Assembly: GCA_024137785.1 (NCBI GenBank)
Contig: JAHRHZ010000079.1
Span: 8,597,535 to 8,661,534 of the forward strand
Length of the DNA stretch: 64,000 nucleotides
Direction: 5' to 3'
From: Ginglymostoma cirratum
Taxonomy: Eukaryota
Shown piece after piece: positions 23,813 through 35,652 of the stretch. The notes under the pieces were generated by a model, which did not search any database, was not told the origin of the DNA, and saw only the letters and a list, made by a program, of their open reading frames with translations. How positions within the stretch are numbered: position 1 is the first letter of the stretch; each line of letters starts with the position of its first letter. A program made the translations under genes and the position numbers.

Positions 23813-26382
23813 ATGGTCACTCTGTTGGGACTGTATTATAGACCCCCAAATAGCCAACGGGTACTACAGGAGCAGATGTATAGAGAGAGATTACAGGTAC
23901 CTATAGGACTAATAGAGTGGTATCAGTTCGAGATTTTAAATTACCCCTGTATTGACCGGGCCACCCTGCGTGTAAAAGGCCCAGACAGGGTGGAATTTGT
24001 CAAATGTGTCCAGAAGGTTTCCTAAATCAATATGTAGATGACCCTATTCGGGAGGGTGCAACACTGGACCTCCTCTTCGGAAATGAGTTCAGGCAAGTGA
24101 CTGAAGTGTCATTTAGAGAGCACTTACAATCCAATGACCATAACTCTCTTAGTTTTAACATAGTTATGGAAAAAAGATAGGACAGGTCACAGGTTAAGGT
24201 GCTCAACTGGATCAAGGCCAATTTTGGGGTCATTGGGCAGGATCTAGCAGAAATCGACTGGATCAGTCTGTTTGAAGGAAAATGAATGACGGGCAAATGG
24301 GAGGCTTTTAAAAGTGTGATATCAAGAGTCCAGGGACAGTATGTCCCTGTTAGGGTGAAAGGAAAAGCTGGCGGATTTAGGGATCCCTAGCTGATGAGGG
24401 ATATTGAGGCTTTAGTCAGGAAAAAGAAGAAGGAATATATTGGGTTTAAGCTATTTGGATCAAGTGAATCCTAAGATGGCTATGAAAAATGTAAGAGCAC
24501 ACTCAAGCGGGAAATCAGAGGAGCAAAATTAGGGTATGAGATGGATCTGGCAATTAAGTTTAAAGATGATACCAAGAAGTTCTATAGCTATATTAAGAGT
24601 AAAAGGGTGGCTAGGGAGCGATTGGGTCCCCTTTAAAATCAACATGGCCATCTATGTGTGCATCCACAGGAGATGGGGGAGATTTTTAATGAATATTTCT
24701 CCTCAGTAAACGAGAAGAGAATCATGGATGCTAAAAAAAAATAAGGGAAACAAGTGGGAATGTTTTGGATGGCATACACATTACCAGAAAGAAGGTGTTT
24801 ACACCCTTAAAGTGCATTAAGGTGGATAAATCCCCTGGGCCTGATCAAGTTCATCCTCGGACATTGTAGGAGGCTAGGGAAGAAATTGCAGAGGTCTTTG
24901 CAGGGATTTTTGCTTCATCTTTAGCCACTGGTGAATTTCAGGAAGACTGGAGAGTGGCTAATGTCATACCATTGTTTAAGAAAGGTAACAAAGACAAGCC
25001 AGGGAACTCCAGGTCAGTGAGCCTGATATCAGTGGTAGGCAAGTTACTGGAGAGGATACTGAGGGACAGGATCAATCAAGATTTGGATAGGCAAGATCTG
25101 ATTAGAGTCAGCATGGATTTGTGCATGGGACGTTGTGTCTTCCAAATCTTTTAGAGTTTTTTTCAACTAGGTAACCAAGAGGATAGATGAGGGTAGGGCC
25201 ATGGATGTTGTCTATTTGGACTTTAATAACGCCTTTGACAAGGTCCCACATGACAAGCTGGTCATGAAAGTTAGGTAGCATGGGATCCAGGGAGAGCTAG
25301 CTAACTGGATTTAAAATTGGCTTGATGGTAGGTAGCTGAGGGTGATGGTTGAAGGTTGTTTCTCGGACTAGAGACCTGTGACCAGTGGTGTACCACAGGG
25401 GTCGGTACTGGGACTTTTGGTATTTGTTATTTACATAAATGATCTGGATGTGAATGTACAAGGCATGATTAGTAAGTTTGTGGATGAAACAAAACTAGGA
25501 GGTATCGTTGATAGCAAAGAAGGTTATCAAAAATGACCGAGGGATCTTGATCAGATGGGGAAGTGGGTTGAAGATTGGCAAATGCAAATCAATACAGATT
25601 AGTGTGAGGTGTTGCATGTTGAAATGTCAAACCAAGGTAGGACTTATTCAGTAAATGGTAAGGTCCTGAGGAGTGTTGTGGAACAGAGGGACCTAGGACT
25701 ACAAGTACATTGAAAGTGGAGTCACAGGTGGTGAAGAAGGCATTTAGCATGCTGGCCATCATTGTTTGAGGCATTGACTGTAGGAGTTGGAACATTATGC
25801 TACAGTTATATAATTCATTGGTGAGGCCGCACTTGGAGTATTGTATACAGTTTTGGTCACCCTGTTGTAGGAAAGACATAGTTAAACTGGAAATGTGCAA
25901 AGAAGATTTATGAGGATGTTGCCAGGACCAGTAAGCCTGAGTTATAGGGAGAGGATGGCCAGGATAGGACTTTATTCTTTGGAATGTAGGAAATGAGGGG
26001 TGACCTTATTGAGTCGTATAAAATCATGAGGGGCATAGATAGGATGAATGCATATAATCTTTTTCCCAGGGATGGTAAATTGAAAACTAGAGGGCATAGG
26101 TTTAAGGTGAGAAGTGATAGATTTAAGAAGGACCTGAGGAGCAACTTCTTCCCACAGAGAGTGGTGAGTGTATGGAATGGGCTGCCAGAGAAAGTGGTTG
26201 AGACAGGTACAATAACAACATTTAAAAAAAAAGTTTGGATAGGTACATGGACGGGAAGGGTTTAGAGGGATATGGACAAAATGCAGGTAGTTGGAACGAG
26301 GTGAGTGAGTATTATGGTCAGCATGGACCAGTTTGGGTTGAAGGACCTGTTTCCATGCTGTATTATTCTATGATTCAATGAC
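23813..26382 (+). mobile_element. 5'-truncated CR1 LINE (endonuclease, RT, 3' UTR) inserted into Gypsy gag
   Basis: LLGLYYRPPNSQR, ANVIPLFKKGNKDKPGN.R.VSLISVVGKLLERILRDRI, RGDLIESYKIMRGIDR, FFPQRVVSVWNGLP; tail attctatgattc. Confidence 0.95.
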
Positions 26383-26384
26383 TT

Positions 26385-26777
26385 TATTACTCCTTTAAGG
26401 CTAACCTCCCGCTAGAGAGTATAAATCCTTCAAAAATGCTTCAAGTGATTCTCCCTGTCACTGAGATTATTGTTCAAATTTTGCTGTTTCAATTACTAAA
26501 TTTCTTTTGGGGCTAAAGTACACATCATATGCTTTAATTAATATCTCATAATCTGTAGTACAAGGCTCCAAGCCTTCTCTTACCAGAACTTTATCAGCTA
26601 TATGACCTATCTGGTGCACATAACAGTGTGTTGGCCTGGTGTCATTGCTCCTTTACACACAAGCCTGATGCAGTATATGAAATTGCCACTTCCAAAGCTC
26701 CACCATCACATTTGGCTGTGGGTCCTCACATTTTTGAGTGCTTGTGGCTATGATAAAGTTTCTATTGGAACTGGCAT
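26385..26777 (-). mobile_element. Gypsy gag N-terminal remnant
   Basis: ASGLCVKEQ*HQANTLL..IGHIADKVL...TTDYEILIKAYDVYFSPKRNLVIETAKFEQ*SQ*QGESLEAFLKDLYSLA is the typical Gypsy Gag pattern (YFxPKRN...RxQxxGESxxxFxxDLxxLA). Confidence 0.85.
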
Positions 26778-27119
26778 CTCAATCAGATATTGTGCTCTAC
26801 TGACCTAAGTGTGTATTTGGACTTCTCATTCTTTCAGGTGTCATGTTTCACATCTGTTCTTCCTCTCCCCGAATATCCCCTATGTTTGACATGGCTTTAA
26901 AGTCTTTGGAGACTCTCTTCCACTCTTCAGAGTCTTCCTGCTCTGCTGCCTTCTGTTCAAAGACTTCGGAGATCCTCTCTTAGCCTTTGGGCTAAGAGTC
27001 TTCGCACTTCTTCTGCCTTGTATTCAAAGTCTACCAAGGATCTGACCTGACCTCTAGCTTATTTTGACTTTTGTGGACTGCGATTTAATATTACATTCTT
27101 GCTTCAGAGGTTTCCTCAA

Positions 27120-27491
27120 CTGCCACCATGCTTTATTCTATGCCTTAGGCTCATACTGCTTTTAGCATAATTGGCTCCTACTCCTTAGTATCTCTGGATG
27201 GGGTTTTTACACATATACTCTTCAAAACTTTTGGCTCTTCATCCTAGAGTAAGGCTAATCCGCTCCTGAATGTGGGAAAAGTAAAGTATTGTGATGCTCT
27301 TTTCTTTACATCAGTACATTGCTAGTTACTAAATACAGCCCTCTAGTTAAGTGTCTCAGATTTCTCAATTTACATGTTTCTTCTCGTCTAAGACTTATTC
27401 CAATCTGCCTTACTGATGTCAGGGTGATACCATCAGTTGTATCATCATTATTTGCATACACTAGAACACATTTTACTGTTTCCATGTAACA
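27120..27491 (-). mobile_element. Putative Gypsy 5' LTR (27491-27129) and primer-binding site (27128-27120)
   Basis: Minus strand starts TGTTACA and ends AATAAAgCA, immediately followed by TGGTGGCAG (PBS-like, probably tRNA-Leu). It lies upstream of gag in the correct orientation. Confidence 0.6.
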
Positions 27492-28399
27492 TTGTTGCTC
27501 CGCTATCGCTGTTACCCTTCTAAAATGGACTCTTAATCTTAAACTTCTCCAGCAAGATTTTTTTAACATTTTCATTCCTTCTCAACCCCTCCCAGTTACT
27601 CTTGCTTATTGTTTGTCCACCTAGTTGTTTCCCAACTGTCTTGTTGCTATTGTCGCCCCAAATTAACAATTGCAAGTGAAGTTGAAGCAGGAGTTGTAAC
27701 ACCAATGACACTCGTCAACATTAACAAAATTCAACTGGGAAGAGAAACAATTCTTTTAGGAGGGTTAACTCTTGCATGTCAATTTAATGATTTCTAAGTT
27801 AATAATGTTAATTATTAAAGCTTTGTATCTCTCAAGATTATAGCTACTCACTGTAATGTATGAATTAACTATTCAGACATGCTGTTGCACATCTCCAAGG
27901 CAGGTGACACTTGAACCCGTATCTTCCGGCCCAGCAGGAAGAACACTACTACTGTATACTAACTTTACTATAGCCAGTTCCTAGTGGTTTACGTTCTCAA
28001 TCCTAATCTCCGAAGGTCACTTTCATGTGTCTCCTAAGAGGGTTAAAGTCTTTCTTCAAAACAACAGTTTGGTGTTGACTGTGACTTTATTGAAAATTGG
28101 CCACAAGACTGCAAGCCAGGAGCCACATCGGTACCATATTGCATTTTTTCGCAAATAAAGTCCTTCCTACTCATATGAATGGTTTGGTGTTCCTCCCCTC
28201 CCTTAGCTATTCTGTGCAACTCATTGTGGGTCACCTTTCTGTTGCATAGATATGATTTCTGCATGAAATTAATTTTATGTAGGTTTGTGAATCCATATCA
28301 TGGTGCTATTTCTTTCATTGCTGGATAGAATTGATCAATCACCCCATGATGCTTACCCATTTATTACATACTCAGGAAAAACGCATATTATATAACTAT

Positions 28400-28790
28400 G
28401 GCTGTATTCCCAGAATTTAGAAAGTTGAAATGTAACTTGATCCAGATTTTCAAGGTCATATAGGAAACCAATATGGGTACATTGAAGACTAGATATTTCT
28501 GCTATTTGTGGAGTCTAGAATTTTAAAAAATAAAGCAAAACCTTTCAAGAGTGAAATTAGGAAACACATGGTGGTCTACATTTAGGACTCACTTCAGTGA
28601 GTAGCAATTTGTGCTTGGTCAATTGCCAATTTTAAATCTGGAATCGATTAATTTTTGCTCACCCAAGATATTAAGGGATGTGGAACAAAGGCGGTTCCAC
28701 GGTGTTAAGTCACTGACTGGCCACGCTGTCACTGAAAGTTGGAGCAGATTCAAGAGGATGAATGGCATCACCCAGTTTTATACTCCTACA
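28400..28790 (+). mobile_element. Old CR1 3' fragment
   Basis: Degenerate ttagaaagttgaaatgtaacttgatccagattttcaag...ttcaagagtgaaattaggaaacac...ggagcagattcaagaggatgaatggc. Confidence 0.55.
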
Positions 28791-29106
28791 ATGGTATGTT
28801 GATAAAGATATGTTTATGTATGTTGTTGAGTACTTCTTAAAATATTAGCGTCATATTCATTCAATACTTGCATGTGAGGGAACAATAAGGATGAAGGTGA
28901 TGCTTACATCTGTCTTTCTTTCCTGCTTCAGAATGAATGACTTTATTGAATGTTGTTCAACTGCATTAGATCATAGAACTATTTACAATGGCAGAGATAA
29001 AAGGTACTGCAGATGCTGGAGAATCCGAGATAACAAGGCGTGGGGCTGGATGAACACAGCAGGCCAAGCAGCATCATAGGAGCAGGAAAACTTGACGTTT
29101 CGGGCC

Positions 29107-29140
29107 TTTCTGATGAAGGGTCTAGGCCCGAAACATCAAG
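29107..29140 (+). ncRNA. Minimal hammerhead ribozyme motif (family B)
   Basis: ttt-CTGATGA-a-GGG-tctagg-CCC-GAAA-c-ATC-aag. The inverted arm preserves the ancestral gaaacGTCaag. Confidence 0.75.
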
Positions 29141-29182
29141 CTTTCCTGCTCCTATGATGCTGCTTGGCCTGCTGTGTTCATC

Positions 29183-29582
29183 NNNNNNNNNNNNNNNNNN
29201 NNNNNNNNNNNNNNNNNNNNNNNNNNNNNNNNNNNNNNNNNNNNNNNNNNNNNNNNNNNNNNNNNNNNNNNNNNNNNNNNNNNNNNNNNNNNNNNNNNNN
29301 NNNNNNNNNNNNNNNNNNNNNNNNNNNNNNNNNNNNNNNNNNNNNNNNNNNNNNNNNNNNNNNNNNNNNNNNNNNNNNNNNNNNNNNNNNNNNNNNNNNN
29401 NNNNNNNNNNNNNNNNNNNNNNNNNNNNNNNNNNNNNNNNNNNNNNNNNNNNNNNNNNNNNNNNNNNNNNNNNNNNNNNNNNNNNNNNNNNNNNNNNNNN
29501 NNNNNNNNNNNNNNNNNNNNNNNNNNNNNNNNNNNNNNNNNNNNNNNNNNNNNNNNNNNNNNNNNNNNNNNNNNNNNNNNNN
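29183..29582. other. Assembly gap (400 N)
   Basis: Run of N; the same 52 bp occurs on both sides. Confidence 0.99.
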
Positions 29583-32374
29583 AAACATCAAGCTTTCCTG
29601 CTCCTATGATGCTGCTTGGCCTGCTGTGTTCATCCAGCCCCGCGCCTTGTTATCTCTATTTACGATGGCATGTGGTTTTTCAAGGAGTGGTGAAGGTGGC
29701 GCCTACTGCCTCAGCCATTTCCTTCCATGGTGTCTGCACAATTCTTTTATCAACCTCCTTGCCTCTATCACCTTTAAAAAAGTATCTTCTCAATATTAAT
29801 TCTGCTAGTAGGCAATCTCTTCTGCTGCTCAATCTCCCTAAGGCTATGTCTCATGCTGACATTTCCACTGACCTTCCCTTCTTTCTGTGTGCTTCCCATA
29901 ACCATGCTCCTTTAACAAGCTGTAGCAGCATAACAATTGTTCTTGTTCTGAACTCTGTGAACCTCATACATAATTAAGAATACCACAGGATATTTTGGTA
30001 GTTTTCCATTGGTGTCATATAGACAGGCAGAAGTCTTGCATAGCTACCTCTCAACTAGCCTGAGAAAATTCCAGCCAGTAACATACAGGTTGTGAAAGTA
30101 TCCTTGGGTCATATCATTTGGTCCTAAATAAGTAAAATGTTATTATAAGAAAGGGGTCTTTGTGAAGCAATAGTGAAAGACATGAGCAAATTACAATAGT
30201 GTCACTGGAAAAGGCTTGAGCTTTTTTAACTGCCTTCAACATAAATGGGTCTTATTGTAATACTGAGTTAATTAATTCTCAGCAAAATGGTTAAATCAAA
30301 TGTGATATCTTTAGCAAAACATCTTTGTCACAGGAGGGATTGTAACAGCTATTGTCTGATTTGCCCAATCAGAAACTTGCCTTAACAGTATCAATGAAGG
30401 TTATCTCTTAGAACTTATACATATAGTGAGTTGACATACTCAATCTCGCTCCTGAATAAAAAAACAATTACAAGGTACCTTCGGACAAAAAAGCTTCTAG
30501 AGCATATTAATGCATTGAGCACTTGTAGAACTCTTTGTAGTTTTCTTATCCTATCATGCAAAAGTTAAAGATAGATAACTGGCACAATACCTGTGAGAGG
30601 ATAGCAGGAGATATTTACAAAGGAAAAATAATATGCTCTACGGGAATAAAGCTGATATGAGATGTATTGTTCTGCTGAACTTGACTTTTACCTCTCTCAC
30701 ATTAACGTAAAGGTAAAGGTCAGGGTCAGATTCATGATATTTTTCCTTAATCCATCAGATATTTATTTGTTGAGTATTTCTGATATGGAGAGTATTAAGA
30801 TGAAGTTAGGTAAGATATCTGGATGCTCTGTAGAAAAGACGAAAACAACGAAGATTGGAAAATAATTAGAAATAGCATGCAAGAGGTCAGAAATTTCTAG
30901 ATATTACAAAAGGCAAACATGTCAGCAAGCCTGGATACTCTTGCTGCTCAATTACTGGTCTATCTTTTATTATTTGCTTATGAAAATAAAGAAAGGCAAA
31001 AATGGACTTACAAAAGAGGAATCATTTTTAATACGTATGTTATGTTTTTTTCAGGATGTAACAGCTAGGATGGCTAAGGGAAAATGGGTTGTTGTAATGT
31101 GTTTGGACTTTCAAGAAACATTCCATAAGATGACAAAACAGAGATTATTACAGAAAATAAAGATTAAAGCTTTGGAGATAATATGACAGAATTGGAATTG
31201 TTAAGCACAGAAGAAGGCCATTCAGGCAGTCAGGACTGTGCCAGTTCCTAACAGCAGTAATTTACTTAGTGCCACTCTATCATCTTCCTCCTAGAACCCT
31301 GAATATTTATCCTTTTCAAATAACATAAGATATATTTCAGATATATTGACATTAAGAGTTGTTAAGGAGAGCAACAATAACTGAATCATCTCCCAGTTGG
31401 CAGCTCACAATTAGTAGGGTACAACAAGGGTCAATACTTGTGTCCCAGCTATTTATATTTGTTATTATCAAGTTTGGAGGGGTGAATAAGTTTATTTCTT
31501 TTCATTCCTGAGGTTGGTATAAGAGAGTTTGAATTTTTAAAAGTATGCAATTTCTCAGTTCAAGATGTGCTTGGCAATGTATAAAGTTATGAAGAAATGT
31601 ATCAGCCAGATTTTTTGACATAACATGTAAAAAGTTGATGTATTATTTAAAAGTAAATAACTCGCTCAAAAGTATATGTGTTATTAAATAGTAAAACCTG
31701 TCCTGAATCTTGCAATACTACACACTAATATCCACGTAAACAGACTAAATTGGAGGATAGTAAAAAGTGGAATTGGAAAAGTGTTCAAGCGAATAAAGAA
31801 AAGAATTATATGCTCTGATGTCCCTTTAGTTGGTTTGATGCACAATGATTACACAACCAATATCTACTACTTGTTTCTTCTGGAGACACTGCAATCAGTC
31901 ATTCTCTAGGATAGATGTTGTCGTCTTTAAGTTTCTTTTTATTATAAATTCTCTGTTGAAAGAGAACTAGCCTGTTCTATCCCTTGATACTATTCCCCTT
32001 TGGTTAGAAACACTCTTACAATGATAGTTCTGAAAAGTTCTTGCAGCACAGTGGTAGTACCACTTCCTCTCAGTCAGGATGCCTGGGTTCCGGAAGTATG
32101 TAATAACAATTCTGAACAGGGTAATTTAGAAAATATCTTTAATGGTAGTTCTTCCCAAGTGGATTTTTGATCATATGACAGCTGGCAGTTGGCACACAAT
32201 GGAGGAAATCCATTTTAACAAAGAAATTTTAGTCACCCATTGTCAAAGCTATCAGGATGCCATTGAAACAGATGGGGACACCTTCTGTGCCTATTTTTGT
32301 ATAATGGGTTTCTATAGGTTTCCTTTTGCCTCTGGCCATTTGTGCAAGTGAGTTTTTGTCAGTTTTGTCTATCA

Positions 32375-32530
32375 AAAGGCATCTGATTGGGTATATGAAT
32401 TGGAAGGGTTTAGAGGGAAGTGGGCCAAATGCTGGCAAATGAAACTAGATTACTTTAGGATATCTGGTCGGCATGGACCAGTTGGACTGAAGGGTCTGTT
32501 TCCATGCTGTACAGTTCTATGATTCTATAA
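32375..32530 (+). mobile_element. CR1 3' tail
   Basis: ggaagggtttagaggg...ggcatggaccagttggactgaagggtctgtttccatgctgtacagttctatgattcta, as at 26255-26380. Confidence 0.85.
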
Positions 32531-32699
32531 TGTAAATTAGATCCTTATGAATGTTTTTGAGGCATCAATTTTGTAATTCTCTGAGGAGCTTGGCTTGTAA
32601 AAACATGGGTTCTGCAGCCATTGCAAGACACAGTATCCTGGATAATTTAATGGTGTTTTCTCCCAAACAAAATTCCCAGATATTAAATCAGTCTCAGTC

Positions 32700-32965
32700 T
32701 CAGAATGAAGTGTCGGCCATAAGAATAGAGATGAAGCGAAATTTCTTCAATCAAACTATGTGAATCTTTAGAATTCTTCATCCCAGAAGACTGTAGATGC
32801 TCAGTGACTGAGTTTATTCAAGGTTCAGGTCATTTAATTTTTGGATGCCAAAGGAATTAAGGGACAGAGGTAGTTGGAAGTTAAGCTAGAAGATCTATCA
32901 TAGTCTTGCTGAAAGGTTGACAAGGCAAAAAGGACCTAATGACATGCTCTTATTTTTTCTTATGT
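32700..32965 (+). mobile_element. Old CR1 3' fragment
   Basis: gagatgaagcgaaatttcttcaatc...gtgaatctttagaattctt...ctgtagatgctcagtgactgagtttattcaagg. Confidence 0.6.
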
Positions 32966-33639
32966 TATCAACAGTATTTGATCATCTAGATCCATTACAA
33001 AATGCTGACCCCTGGAGGAATAGTCTGCAGAGAAGAATTCACACTTCCTGAAATCTAAATTATTTTATGTAATTTAAATAATTGGATTAATTACTATGTT
33101 AGAATTGTTCGCTAGAAATTCAACATTCACCCTTTCCACTATCACACCTTTCATTTTTACTGATGGTAACTTGAACATTTGGTAAGTTTTGACCTTGACG
33201 GGAAGCAATACATTCAAGGCTTCTTGAACAACCATGCTTCACATGCTCAAATTTCTAAATTTATATGCTAGGTCATTCACTTTTAACATTAATTGTTATT
33301 GGTGATTTAGTGGTGTGCATACAAAAATTAGTCAAGCTAAATAACATTTACTTGACATGCTAATATTAATGAAATGAAGAGCAAATTTAGGACAAGATTT
33401 ATTTCATACTTCAAAAGAAGGCATAGCTTTCAAGTAGCTTGAGACTGAGTTCAAAGTAGTTTTTACTAGTGTCAATTCTATACTGCAGCAGTTCTTTTTA
33501 GTAATGAAAAGGTAATGACACTGGAGATTGATCAGAAAAGTACCTAAAGCTGTAGGCAAGTGAATATAATTAACACTGTTTAGTCAATAGACTGATTTTA
33601 TGCATTTGCCAATCACTCTTCTTGTGAAGAACTTCCTAT

Positions 33640-34520
33640 GACTGGTCTTATATTTACATTGATTCTGTGCCCTTTTCGTACTTAGCAATTTTAATCTAAA
33701 ATAATATCTGGTTTTATGTTTTACTTGAAAAGCCTTGTATATCTCTTTGAGCTTACCTCTTGATGTTCGATCTCCAGGTTGAAAAGTCCATTTTTTTGCA
33801 GCCTTTCCTCATAATTTAGACATTTTCTATGGAAATCAACATTATGTCTAACTCTGACTTGTCTTCAGTGTTTGAATGTTTCCTTGTCTTTTGATGAGCC
33901 AAACTAAAACCAATACTAAAGGACCAGTACCAGAGGTACTTATGGTTTAATCACAAGGTCCTATGGCTGTTTAGGCTTATAGCTCAATGTTTTATTAGCT
34001 TTATTGACTGTGATCCTGGTTGAACATGTTCAGTTTTATGCGGATCCTAGTGATTCCATGTTCTTTCAATGCTATTAATAATGTATATACTACATTTTTC
34101 TTCCTTTTACATTGAAATGCATCAATTTTCTTCTGTCATTTTTGTCCAGTTGCATACTTTGTCTAGCTCATTCTGTAAATTCTACCTCTTTCACTTCCAT
34201 AGTCTTTTCTAAGTTGATGTCATCCTCAAATACGTTTACGATGTGATTGAGTTCCCAATGTAAACCATTGACATAAATTAGAAAAAGTAAAGCTAAATAC
34301 AATCCCTGAGTCACTCCATTCAAGCATTCCCCTCGCTCTTCGATGTTACCCCTCAAATAAGTAATGATTACTTTTTCCTCTAATGAAAATTTCTTATCCA
34401 CTTCCAAGATTTAGTCTGCATCACCGGTACAGTCAGATTAACTAAATGCCATCCTTTCTAAAATCGGGTACACCACATTGTAGGGCAAGAGTCTACAATG
34501 GGTTGTCACTCTCTTAAATT
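33640..34520 (-). mobile_element. Ancient CR1 RT fragment
   Basis: Minus ORF NGVTQGLYLALLFLIYVNGL...VNVFEDDINL corresponds to GVPQGSVLGPLLFLIYINDL...FADD. Confidence 0.7.
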
Positions 34521-35429
34521 TGTCAAGGAAAGGGAACTGCATGCATTGGCAGTGAAACTTGGAATAGCAACCCCCTTCTTAATATCATTAATATTATCCT
34601 TTTCTGCTTATTTGAAAAAGCTTTCATGCATTTTTTGATAATTTTCTTAATCTATTCCTCAAGAATGCATGAACAGTGGATTCGGATCCAAATTTTGACC
34701 TTGAGTACCTGTTTCAACTTTAGGGTTGTCTGCGATTGGTTCATATAGGCCTATGATAGGCTTATTTCTATGTTTCCCGTTCATACAGCCAGACGCACAG
34801 AAAAAGTTGAAATGCTTCTAAGATTATATGTTTGAATGTTACACAGTGTTTAAGGGATATATTAATGATCACTGCTTGGGAACATATTACTGAACGTTGT
34901 CATAACAATATAATGCAGATTGCAGTTCTGCCAGACTCAATTTCTGTCTTTCTCCCCATTCAGTCCCGAATGATAAAGTATTATGTTGCTATCAAGTTAC
35001 ATTTGCTCGTCTTCTCCCCCATCAGTTATTCCTTATCAATGAAAGCAATTGGATGTAGCTGCACAGTTACAAGTGTAAGTACCATATGATCACCTATGGC
35101 TCACAGATGACCTTAAGTGGTGAGTGTGTTCTGAAATTTATTGTGGTTTCATGCAATATCTATATGCCTGTACTTCCATTATGAAGAAGAGCAACATTTC
35201 TGACTTTATCTTTCTCAACCTCCCTAGTTCAAGGTGCTTTGGTAATTGTACTGTTGTCACTCACGTAAATCAGGTAACCAAGTTCACTTTGGTCACTGTA
35301 GCTTCAGGACTGCATGGCTTTGTATGGATGTTAGGAGAATTAGATGGCAGAGTGCCTTAAGGTCCTCCGCAATTGATTTTAGGCTTACAAACAGAAGTAG
35401 CCATTTGGAAATGTTTATTATGAAGTCCA

Positions 35430-35652
35430 TAACTAGCTCAGTTGGCTAGACAGTGGCATTGCACTGCAGTATGACCACAACAGCTTGCGTTCAATTCCTG
35501 AATCAGCTGAGGTCATTAGGAAGGCCCCATGTTCTCAACCTTACTTCTCACCTGAGGTATGGTGATCCTCGGATTGAACTGACCACCAGTCGTTACTTCT
35601 TGTCAAATAAATGAGTAACCTACAGTCCTACAATTCTCTAGTGACTTTCACC
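35430..35652 (+). mobile_element. tRNA-derived SINE
   Basis: A box tagctcagttgg (35434) and B box gttcaattcc (35489), followed by a non-tRNA body. Confidence 0.65.

Larger units (their letters stand above)
28994..29656 (-). mobile_element. Fold-back Penelope-derived element (family B) with hammerhead and 14-bp TSD, spanning the assembly gap
   Basis: Arm 29027-29107 is inverted relative to 29124 onward. TSD tatttacaatggca (28980-28993) and tatttacgatggca (29657-29670). The arms match the terminal repeat of the GIY-YIG element at 22760-22850. Confidence 0.88.

Noticed and set aside
26590-26630. CYVHQIGHIA read initially as a zinc knuckle
   Set aside because: Better explained as the frameshifted Gypsy Gag N-terminal QxNTLLYxIGxxA motif.
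29040-29977. Long ORFs of 137-267 aa
   Set aside because: Artefacts of translating through 400 N.
35430-35500. Possible tRNA gene
   Set aside because: A and B boxes are present, but there is no cloverleaf or acceptor stem and the sequence continues into a SINE body. The same applies to the other SINE heads.
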